This document shows positions 18,601-26,242 of a stretch of DNA of 64,000 nt, piece by piece. The DNA is taken from NCBI GenBank assembly GCA_964523905.1, contig CAZFYQ010000001.1, positions 121,739-185,738 on the forward strand, written 5' to 3'. The notes below the pieces were generated by a model. It worked only from the letters and a program-made list of their open reading frames with translations. It had not been told where the DNA came from and ran no database searches. This stretch comes from an uncultured Gammaproteobacteria bacterium (GTDB lineage Bacteria > Patescibacteriota > Microgenomatia > Daviesbacterales > UBA10151). Position 1 is the stretch's first letter; every line of letters begins with the position of its first letter. The translations under genes and the position numbers were made by a program.

Positions 18601-21600
18601 ATGAAAATAAAACTACCATATATTAAATTAGGACAAAAAGGCATTGCCGAATGGATTGTGTTATTACTTTTAGCCATAGCTATCCCAGCCACTTTATATC
18701 TAGCCCAAACAACTCAGATTTTCAGACCAAAGGCGATTGGTTTAGATACTTCAGGTAGGGCTCCTACAGCTTCTTTCCAACCCCCTACTCCGTCTGGTGG
18801 TTCTAATATTGAAGCAGGCGTGCCAGTAACTTTACATGCTCATGCAGCGATAGGTTCATCATTTCAGTACCCACTTAATAATATATACCTTACTTTACTT
18901 CCTATTGGAGCAAATCCTTCGGATCCTAGTCAGTGGCAAACCATTGGTCAGTTTGGTTGTGGCGGTCAAACATCTTGTGATGCTAATTTTACTATTACGC
19001 CGGGTAATAATTTTATTGGACAGAGTTATGAATTAGCCTTGGTAGTTGATACTCGTGATCAACCCCCGGATCCGAATGGTGTTACTCATTTTAGCTGTTC
19101 TGGTAATAACGAAGATAATGCAATTAGACCATATCAGCAAGGTGACACCATAGTATGGTTTGCTTGTGGTGGTGGTAGTAATGTGGTATACAACATAGTT
19201 CCTCCAGGCGGCGGTGGACAACAGTGTCCTAATCCAGCTGGTTGTTATGCACCAATTGCCGGTTGTGCTCCGGCTACAGGATGTGCTGCTCCGACTACCC
19301 CACCTGCTCCAACTACTCCTCCGGCTGGTGGAACGTTTTTTTACTGTAATGCCTCACAACAATGTACTTCTACTAATAATACTAATGATTGTCCTTTGGT
19401 TGGTACATCCCATTTCTGTTACGCAACTAGCTCCTGTGGCAGTGGCTGTGCTGCTCCTACCAGTGCTACTGGTCAGTTTTATACCTGTCAAGGTACTCCA
19501 GGATCAGGACAATGTATTGGTCCGGTTGATAGTTGTCCTGCTGGTCAGAGTTGCTATAGTCTGGGTAATCACGCTAGTTGTATTAGTTATTGTGAAGGTA
19601 GTACTCCTAGCGCTCCTGCTGCACCTACTTTGTCTGGAACTGCTGGATGTGGAGTTGATCACCTTTCCTGGACAGCACCAACTGGGGCAGCAACTTACCT
19701 TCTGGGAAGTATAAATGACGGTAGGCATATTACACTTAGTGGAAATAGTTTTGATGATACTACTGCTGGTGGACTTGTTGATGGCACTACCTATCAATAT
19801 CAAGTGGTTGCATATAATAGTAGTGGTACTCCTAGCCCGTTATCAAATACAGTTACACTTACTCCTCAATGTGGTACAACACCAACTAACACACCTATCC
19901 CAACCAATACGCCGGTTCCTACTACGCCTCCAAACCAGCCGACCAACACTCCAATTCCTACTAACACACCTATCCCAACCAATACGCCGGTTCCTACTAG
20001 TGGTCCTGGCCAAGTTCATGCGACTTGTTCTGGAGGTCCAAGTTCAGTTTCAGTTGGTCAAACTGTGACCTGGATAGCTTCTGCTTCAGGAGGCAGTGGC
20101 AATTATACCTATACTTGGGTATTACCAGGTGAAAATTCAACTCTACCGCAAACGCAATCTTTTAGTTGGATTTATTCGACAAGTGGGATTAAAAGTGCCC
20201 AAGTAATTGTAGTAGATAATGCAACAAATGGATTTACTACTGGTTTTGTAAATTGTTCCAACTCAATATCTGTTACTGGTGGAAGTGGGCCAGTTGCTAC
20301 AAACACCCCTGCTCCCACTGTAGCAGCTACTAATACTCCAACCCCTACTACTGGAGTAACGGGTTGTTCAAGCTTAACTCTTAATGGTAGTACTAGCTTG
20401 CCTGTTTCTTCTGCGGGCACTAGTGTTAATATCGGTATTGCTTTTTCTCCTAAAAATGCCAGTGTTGATTTCTTTAATCCTTCTGGCCCATCTTTACTGC
20501 CTGGTCAACCAACAGTAGTTAACAATGATCCAAATGATCCAACAGCCGGGCGTCGTTGGACACTGACAGTTCCTTCAAATAGTACAACTTCTCCAATCAC
20601 CTATACTCTAAATGCCAATATTAATGGTACTTTCTCTTGTACCCCGGTGACTATTCAGGTGGCTGCAGCTGCTCCTAATACTGCTTGTCCAGCTAGTATT
20701 ACCTCTACTCAAGTTAAATTTAGAGCTGGAAATAACACTGGCACATGGGTAGCAACTAAGACTGTCAGCATTGGAGATAGTGTTAGTGTGGCTGGTTTCC
20801 ACAACAATACCACTGATGTTCCTGCCTCAGATACCTCTATAACCATCTCTGGTCCAAATGGTTTTTCTAATACTATAAGTGGAGGTGGCGCAGTGTTTTC
20901 TCCCACCAGTGATGTTGGTCCCGGAATATATACCTTTAACGCTACCACTACTGGTTTACAAGGTGCTGCTTGTACTGGCACAGGTATTTTATCCGTCAAT
21001 CCTGTTCCAACAGCAGTTCCAACTGCAACTCCGGTGCCTACTGCAACCACAATTCCTACTGCAACTCCGGTTATACTGGCTCCGACCACTACTTTTGTTA
21101 GAATTGCCGAATCCCCAACCGGTGTAGATGATGTCACTCAATATATTCGGGTACCATATACCAATGAAGCCCTTAATGTGCCTTATACTTTCAAAGATAT
21201 TACTCCCGGAGTACACCAGATTTACGTTAAGTTTGAAGGTACTGGAACACACATCGGTGAAACTACCTTGTCTACTCTGCAAGGACCATATAACATCACT
21301 ATTGTTAATCCAGACCCCACCTTTGATGTGCCAGGTGGAGGTATTTCCTGTGACATTGGAGTTGATGGTAATGTCAACTTTATCCTAACTGGTAAATACT
21401 TTGCCGCTGCTCAGGGTAAGGGCACAGTCAAAGATGGTCAATTCCCGCTCAAGATTTCTACCTGGGCAGATGGATCTGTCACCGGTACTTTGGAGCAAAA
21501 TGGAGCAACAACTGGTCAGGACTTCCCGATTATTCTAACTCGTGATGATGGCGCAGCCACTATTCCCACTGTTTGTTCAGTGGCAACTTCTGCCCTGCAA

Positions 21601-22164
21601 CTTAATCCTAACTTCTTCTGTCATCAGACTTTAACTCAAACACTGTCTAATGTCACTTTGACCGTGGCAGAGGGTAAAAATGGTGGTAATAAAGCTGATC
21701 AGACAGTGACCATTGGTACTAATGGCTTGATATCCGGTTTAACCACTAAACTTCAGCAAGGTAAACCTTACCGAATTAGTATTAAGGCCCCTGGTACTTT
21801 GCGACACACTCAAGAATTTATTGCCAATAAAGGTACTACTAACTTGGGGGCATTCAATCTGCCAGTGGGAGACATTTTCCCGGTTAACGCTGGTGGAGAT
21901 GGAAAAATTAACAGTGGTGATTATGCTGAGTTAATCAGAGAATGGTCCTTAAATGCCATTACCGGTCAACGTAATGGTGATTTAAACCTTGATGGTCGGG
22001 TTAATTCAGTTGACTGGGCTTGCATGAGAATCTACTTTAATAGCAGTGATGATCCTGCAGCAGAAGCCGGTCCATTAACTACCATTAATGTTTCCCCAAC
22101 TCCTGCCGCTACTACGCCCTCTCCTACCCAGACTGTCTCAACTACACCCACACCAACGCCTTAG
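18601..22164 (+). CDS. Giant cell-surface protein (1187 aa) with an N-terminal signal-anchor, a Cys-rich module, an FN3-like domain, Pro/Thr linkers, a PKD-like domain, Ig-like beta domains and a C-terminal type-I dockerin
   Basis: Dockerin Ca-binding repeats 'NAGGDGKINSGDYAELI' and 'NGDLNLDGRVNSVDWACMRI'. FN3-like 'HLSWTAPTGAATY...YQYQVVAYNSSG'. PKD-like 'GSGNYTYTW'. Linkers 'TNTPIPTNTPVPT'. Confidence 0.7.
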   Translation: MKIKLPYIKLGQKGIAEWIVLLLLAIAIPATLYLAQTTQIFRPKAIGLDTSGRAPTASFQPPTPSGGSNIEAGVPVTLHAHAAIGSSFQYPLNNIYLTLLPIGANPSDPSQWQTIGQFGCGGQTSCDANFTITPGNNFIGQSYELALVVDTRDQPPDPNGVTHFSCSGNNEDNAIRPYQQGDTIVWFACGGGSNVVYNIVPPGGGGQQCPNPAGCYAPIAGCAPATGCAAPTTPPAPTTPPAGGTFFYCNASQQCTSTNNTNDCPLVGTSHFCYATSSCGSGCAAPTSATGQFYTCQGTPGSGQCIGPVDSCPAGQSCYSLGNHASCISYCEGSTPSAPAAPTLSGTAGCGVDHLSWTAPTGAATYLLGSINDGRHITLSGNSFDDTTAGGLVDGTTYQYQVVAYNSSGTPSPLSNTVTLTPQCGTTPTNTPIPTNTPVPTTPPNQPTNTPIPTNTPIPTNTPVPTSGPGQVHATCSGGPSSVSVGQTVTWIASASGGSGNYTYTWVLPGENSTLPQTQSFSWIYSTSGIKSAQVIVVDNATNGFTTGFVNCSNSISVTGGSGPVATNTPAPTVAATNTPTPTTGVTGCSSLTLNGSTSLPVSSAGTSVNIGIAFSPKNASVDFFNPSGPSLLPGQPTVVNNDPNDPTAGRRWTLTVPSNSTTSPITYTLNANINGTFSCTPVTIQVAAAAPNTACPASITSTQVKFRAGNNTGTWVATKTVSIGDSVSVAGFHNNTTDVPASDTSITISGPNGFSNTISGGGAVFSPTSDVGPGIYTFNATTTGLQGAACTGTGILSVNPVPTAVPTATPVPTATTIPTATPVILAPTTTFVRIAESPTGVDDVTQYIRVPYTNEALNVPYTFKDITPGVHQIYVKFEGTGTHIGETTLSTLQGPYNITIVNPDPTFDVPGGGISCDIGVDGNVNFILTGKYFAAAQGKGTVKDGQFPLKISTWADGSVTGTLEQNGATTGQDFPIILTRDDGAATIPTVCSVATSALQLNPNFFCHQTLTQTLSNVTLTVAEGKNGGNKADQTVTIGTNGLISGLTTKLQQGKPYRISIKAPGTLRHTQEFIANKGTTNLGAFNLPVGDIFPVNAGGDGKINSGDYAELIREWSLNAITGQRNGDLNLDGRVNSVDWACMRIYFNSSDDPAAEAGPLTTINVSPTPAATTPSPTQTVSTTPTPTP
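19886..19999 (+). repeat. Direct nucleotide repeat, two perfect 38-bp copies with 85-bp periodicity, encoding the TNTPIPTNTPVPT linker
   Basis: The sequence 'ctaacacacctatcccaaccaatacgccggttcctact' occurs at 19886-19923 and again at 19971-19998. Confidence 0.6.
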
Positions 22165-22212
22165 TAGTGGAGACTTTACTAATTAGTTAAGAGATATTAT
22201 GCTAAATAAACT

Positions 22213-22791
22213 ATGACAGATAACAATAAAGGTAAATTAAACGTTAAAATAATTTTTATTATACTAGGAGTAATCTTAGTAATTGAACTGATCCTAGGAA
22301 TCCGCTCAATAATGACGAATCAATCTACTGGCTCTTCACAGTCAGTAGTTAGAAAAGTACCCTTAAAAGGGACGATTACACTTACTGCAGATAAAACTGA
22401 GGTAAATGTTGGTGATAAAGTTACGCTTACCATAATAGTCACCTCCCCTGTAGCAGTTGATGGCGTAGATTTGGTAGCTAAATATGACCCGAAGATTTTA
22501 TCAGCTAGTGATAACAGTATTCATACTGGTACAATTTTTCCACAATATCCACTTAGTAAAATAGACTCTGCCGGTTTCCTTAGAATTTCCGGAATTTCTA
22601 ATCCTAACACGGCTAGATTTGCTGGGAAAGGAGTCTTTGCAACAGTTGATTTTAAAGCTGTAAAATCAGGTAAAGCGGAAATATCAGTAGTGTTTACCCA
22701 AGGCTCAACAACTGATTCAAATATTATCGGTGCTGCCAATGAGAAACCATTGCTGGAGGAGGCAGGAAAACTGGAGGTTACGGTTAAGTGA
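22213..22791 (+). CDS. Cohesin-domain protein with an N-terminal membrane anchor (192 aa)
   Basis: TM helix followed by a beta-sandwich of about 140 aa with a cohesin-like pattern: 'VDGVDLVAKYDPKIL...GFLRISGIS...GKGVFATVDFKAVKSGKAEI'. Confidence 0.55.
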   Translation: MTDNNKGKLNVKIIFIILGVILVIELILGIRSIMTNQSTGSSQSVVRKVPLKGTITLTADKTEVNVGDKVTLTIIVTSPVAVDGVDLVAKYDPKILSASDNSIHTGTIFPQYPLSKIDSAGFLRISGISNPNTARFAGKGVFATVDFKAVKSGKAEISVVFTQGSTTDSNIIGAANEKPLLEEAGKLEVTVK

Positions 22792-23552
22792 AGTTTTTTA
22801 AAAAAACTATCCTTGCAATTGTCACATCAATTGTAATGATAATATCTCCCTCAGCTGTATTTGCTTCCACACTGGCTCTTTCGCCTTCAACAGGTACATT
22901 TAATCAATCCTGTGCTTTTTCGGTTGTGATTAATCTTGATACTCAAAGTGCTCAGACTGACGGCACTGATGTGGTATTATTTTACGATCCTACCCGTTTT
23001 AATGCCACCTCAATTTTAAATGGTACTATTTATAATGATTATCCTAACTCCAATATAGACTCTGTTAACGGAAAAATCCAAATCTCCGGTATTGCTTCTT
23101 CCTCCTCTCCTTTTAACGGCAAGGGAATTTTCGCCACAGTTAACTTCTCTGTTTTACCGGCTGCTCCAACTGGCGCCACAGCCATGACATTTGATTTTGA
23201 TCCTAATGATAAGGCCAAAACCACTGATTCAAATGTGATTGAACACGCTACTTTAGCTGATACCTTAGCTAATGTGGTTAATGGTAGTTATGTGGTGGGA
23301 AGTACCGGATCTTGCGCAGCCGTTACTCCCACGATCACAATTAAACCAACTGGTGCCCCTCCGGTGGTTTATTTACCACAAGGACAAGTTTCAACCGGTA
23401 CTCCCTCAGCTTCTCCTGCTAGAACTACTCTTGATCAATTTGTTGATAAAAATGGTAAAGGCCCGGGAATCTCCTCTGAAGCTACTTTTACCTTAGCAAT
23501 AGTAGGTTCAGTTTTAACTGTCCTGGGGGTAGTAGGTTTGGCAGTTTTGTAG
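22788..23552 (+). CDS. Cohesin-domain protein with a signal peptide, a Ser/Thr/Pro linker and a C-terminal TM anchor (254 aa)
   Basis: 'TDVVLFYDPTRF...GKIQISGIAS...GKGIFATVNFSVLP' parallels the previous gene. C-terminus '...LAIVGSVLTVLGVVGLAVL'. Confidence 0.55.
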   Translation: MKFFKKTILAIVTSIVMIISPSAVFASTLALSPSTGTFNQSCAFSVVINLDTQSAQTDGTDVVLFYDPTRFNATSILNGTIYNDYPNSNIDSVNGKIQISGIASSSSPFNGKGIFATVNFSVLPAAPTGATAMTFDFDPNDKAKTTDSNVIEHATLADTLANVVNGSYVVGSTGSCAAVTPTITIKPTGAPPVVYLPQGQVSTGTPSASPARTTLDQFVDKNGKGPGISSEATFTLAIVGSVLTVLGVVGLAVL

Positions 23553-23555
23553 AGT

Positions 23556-24248
23556 ATGAGTTTGTCGGCCTTAATTGCAGATTTCCTGGAAAATTTAGAA
23601 GTATCCAACACTTCGCAATTTACTATTCGTGATTATGATCATTATTTAAAAAGATTCATGGAATTTACAGGAGATATTCCCTTAACTGATATTAACCTGG
23701 CTTTAATAAACAAATACAAACAGCATCTATCTCAACTTGAACTTAAAAAAATCACTCAAAATTATTATTTAATTGCCATTAGGGCACTTCTTCGCTACCT
23801 AACAGAGCAAAATATCCAAACTCTTCCTTCAGATTCGGTGGAACTGATAAAACAAGAGCGCAGTGAGACCAAAGAATTAGATGAGGATCAGTTAAAGATG
23901 CTTCTGGAAAGCCCGGTGGTAAGCCTTAAAGCCGGCGCCAGGGATAAAGCGATCTTAGAGACTCTGTTGTCCACTGGATATAAAGTATCTAAACTGGTGG
24001 CTTTAAATCGGGGGGAAGTTAGATCAAACTGGGTTGATCAGTATTTGTCCCAAAGACAAGACAGCTTTAAACCATTATTCATCAGATTTCAGGGAAGAAA
24101 AGATACTACCCTGGATGGAGAATCAATGAGGTTAACCCCCCGCTCCATCCAAAGGATAGTAGAAAAATACGTTAAAATAACCGGACTGGCAGTTAAGGCA
24201 ACGCCACAGACTATTCGAGCAGCTGCTCAGAAAAAATCTCCAGTTTAG
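23556..24248 (+). CDS. Degenerate or truncated tyrosine-recombinase paralog, likely catalytically inactive
   Basis: Integrase SAM-like N-domain present. The catalytic Arg is replaced in 'TGYKVSKLVAL'. H-x-x-R is degenerate ('ATPQTIRAAA'). The protein ends before the Tyr-containing segment. Confidence 0.55.
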   Translation: MSLSALIADFLENLEVSNTSQFTIRDYDHYLKRFMEFTGDIPLTDINLALINKYKQHLSQLELKKITQNYYLIAIRALLRYLTEQNIQTLPSDSVELIKQERSETKELDEDQLKMLLESPVVSLKAGARDKAILETLLSTGYKVSKLVALNRGEVRSNWVDQYLSQRQDSFKPLFIRFQGRKDTTLDGESMRLTPRSIQRIVEKYVKITGLAVKATPQTIRAAAQKKSPV

Positions 24249-24249
24249 A

Positions 24250-24609
24250 TTATTTTTTGCCTAATTTACCTAAGTCTTTTAACAAAGCGTTTAAGATTGT
24301 AGCAACAATTGATAAGACAATTGCTCCTAAAATGGCGGCGATCCAACCATTAATCATTAAACCAGGAACAAAATAAGACACGATAAATAAGACCACTGCA
24401 TCAACCACAAAAGTAAACAGACCTAAAGTCAAAATAGTCAAAGGTGCTGTTACAAAAGATAATGCCGGTTTGATGAAAGTATTGACTACTCCCAAAACAA
24501 TGGCAGCGAGAATTGCAGTAGTGTAATTATCCACTTTAAAGCCTGGTACAACATAAGCAGTTGCCAGCAAGGCTAAAGCATTTAAAACTAAAGCTAGAAG
24601 AATTTGCAT
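24250..24609 (-). CDS. DUF360 / Phage_holin_4_2-family 4-TM membrane protein
   Basis: 'LTILTLGLFTFVVDAVVLFIVSYFVPGLMINGW' matches the PF04020-type pattern. Length 119 aa. Confidence 0.55.
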   Translation of the reverse strand: MQILLALVLNALALLATAYVVPGFKVDNYTTAILAAIVLGVVNTFIKPALSFVTAPLTILTLGLFTFVVDAVVLFIVSYFVPGLMINGWIAAILGAIVLSIVATILNALLKDLGKLGKK

Positions 24610-24658
24610 TTAATTCACCCCCTTTCTGTATATATTAATAGTCTAATAAAACACAGTG

Positions 24659-24701
24659 TCTGTCAAGCATATTTGACAGATAGCCTCATTTTTAGTACTA
24701 T
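24659..24701 (+). promoter_or_regulatory. Palindromic operator overlapping a sigma70-like promoter of the amidase gene. It lies in the divergent region shared with the DUF360 gene.
   Basis: TCTGTCAA-GCATAT-TTGACAGA (24659-24680), a perfect 8-bp inverted repeat. The -35 TTGACA (24673-24678) is followed by a 17-nt spacer and -10 TACTAT (24696-24701). The ATG is at 24714. Confidence 0.45.
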
Positions 24702-24713
24702 AGTCCCAAAGTT

Positions 24714-25733
24714 ATGGCTAGAATAGATTTATCAATCCCCTCTTTGGGAAACAAGTTTGTTGATATTAGGGATACCATCCCTGGAGATTCCTTTAATTGG
24801 AGTTGGGTAAGGCCGTTGTTTCAGGTCAAATACCTGGCTATTCATCACAGCGCCTCACCAGATAATCAAACACCGGTCGAAATAGCTAACTATCATATTA
24901 ATAACAATGGTTGGGGTGGTATTGGTTACCATTTTGTAATTGCTAAAGATGGAACAGTTTATTATGTTGGTGATATCTCAACAGCCAGGGCTAATGTGGC
25001 CAATTTAAATGAGCAAGTGATCGGCATTTGTCTGGTTGGTAATTTTACCTCTGGTCAAGTTCCCTCTCAAGAACAGTTAGATTCAGCGCATCAGTTATGT
25101 GATTTTTTTATCAATCATTTTTCTGATTTGTCTAATGTCAGTTCCTGGGACGCGGTCAAAGGTCACAAAGAACTACCAGGTCAAGCTACCACTTGTCCTG
25201 GTGACAACTGGCCGGCTTGGAAAATGCAGATTGTGGATAATGGTCCGGTTGACGTTTCGAATCCGCCTATTAATCAACCAACTGAAGACCGCGGCGCGCA
25301 AATTAGCAATCTTTACCGTGAAGTTTTAGGGAGAGATCCGGACATGGGTGGATTGCAAACATATACCAATAGTCCAATGACCATTGATGAGATTATGCTG
25401 GCAATGGTCACCTCAGAAGAACATCAAGCTTTGATTCGTCAGTCTCAGCAAGCCAATTCATTACAAGATCAAGTCAATAACTTGCAAGCTTCACTATCCT
25501 CTGTTAATCAGCAGATCATGAATTTGCAACAAACTATTCAGGAAAAAGATCAGCAAATCAGCGATTTGCAAAACCAGTTACAAAATGTTGCAACTACCCC
25601 TACTGCGCAACCAACCTCCACCCCTGTTCCCGTGCCTGCTCCTAGTGAAAATGTGGACACTACTTTGACTATTATCGGAGCCTTGATTAATCTGTATAAG
25701 TTTATTTTTATGCCTGGAAAGGTGACTAATTAA
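24714..25733 (+). CDS. N-acetylmuramoyl-L-alanine amidase (Amidase_2/PGRP domain) with a DUF4214 domain, coiled coil and C-terminal hydrophobic tail
   Basis: 'AIHHSASPD...GYHFVIAKDG...TTCPGDNWP' are Zn-amidase signatures. 'LYREVLGRDPDMGGLQTYTN' is DUF4214-like. A Q-rich coiled coil follows. Confidence 0.65.
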   Translation: MARIDLSIPSLGNKFVDIRDTIPGDSFNWSWVRPLFQVKYLAIHHSASPDNQTPVEIANYHINNNGWGGIGYHFVIAKDGTVYYVGDISTARANVANLNEQVIGICLVGNFTSGQVPSQEQLDSAHQLCDFFINHFSDLSNVSSWDAVKGHKELPGQATTCPGDNWPAWKMQIVDNGPVDVSNPPINQPTEDRGAQISNLYREVLGRDPDMGGLQTYTNSPMTIDEIMLAMVTSEEHQALIRQSQQANSLQDQVNNLQASLSSVNQQIMNLQQTIQEKDQQISDLQNQLQNVATTPTAQPTSTPVPVPAPSENVDTTLTIIGALINLYKFIFMPGKVTN

Positions 25734-26023
25734 TGGATCACGCCGCTTTACCAGCTTGGACTATTATTTTTGCCTTTACCACACTTAATGAATCTATTAT
25801 TGAATATATGTTTGGTAGCGTAAAAGCTCTACATCCATATCTACCTTTGTTATCTTTAGCAACTGGTATTTTCCTTTGTTTTGCTTATCAAATCAGTTTT
25901 TTTAGCTTAATGGGTATAAATAGTGGTAATCCTGGTTTGGATTTTTTGCTATCCGGGTTTATTATTTCTCGAGGTTCAAACTTCGTTAATGATTTTGCTC
26001 AAAAGATTTTGGGTAGTAAGTAG
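25733..26023 (+). CDS. Small membrane protein (96 aa)
   Basis: ORF with an ATGA overlap with the amidase stop. Two to three hydrophobic helices. Confidence 0.3.
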   Translation: MDHAALPAWTIIFAFTTLNESIIEYMFGSVKALHPYLPLLSLATGIFLCFAYQISFFSLMGINSGNPGLDFLLSGFIISRGSNFVNDFAQKILGSK

Positions 26024-26024
26024 T

Positions 26025-26234
26025 TTAAATTGGTTTGCCTGCTAATCCAAAAGCCCAAAGGTCTTTCACAAATCCAATTGCCTGAAAAGGCCAGGTTAAA
26101 ATAACTGCATAAAATCCCGGTGATAAAAATGATAAAGGTGACCAACGATAGTAAAGTGCAAATAAAATAGCAAAAACAAAACCAGCCACAAAGTAGATGA
26201 CTGTGATATTAGAGATCAATTTGCTTCTGGACAT
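26025..26234 (-). CDS. Small membrane protein (69 aa) at the distal end of the gyrA operon
   Basis: Two TM helices. The gene follows gyrA on the same strand. Confidence 0.3.
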   Translation of the reverse strand: MSRSKLISNITVIYFVAGFVFAILFALYYRWSPLSFLSPGFYAVILTWPFQAIGFVKDLWAFGLAGKPI

Positions 26235-26242
26235 GTTATCAA

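Noticed and set aside
19033-21388. About ten ORFs of 60-166 aa on both strands inside the giant adhesin gene (e.g. 19214-19714, 19715-20068, 20709-21137, 20989-21282)
   Set aside because: They lie entirely within the 1187-aa ORF. They are Leu/Pro/Val-rich translations of the Thr/Pro/Gly-rich coding repeats in other frames, so they are typical shadow ORFs. There is no independent start context.
17281-24248. Diversity-generating retroelement (DGR) targeting the surface protein
   Set aside because: The window has no reverse-transcriptase ORF, no Avd-like gene and no C-type-lectin-fold C-terminus. The giant protein ends in a dockerin. I did not spot a TR/VR near-repeat pair.
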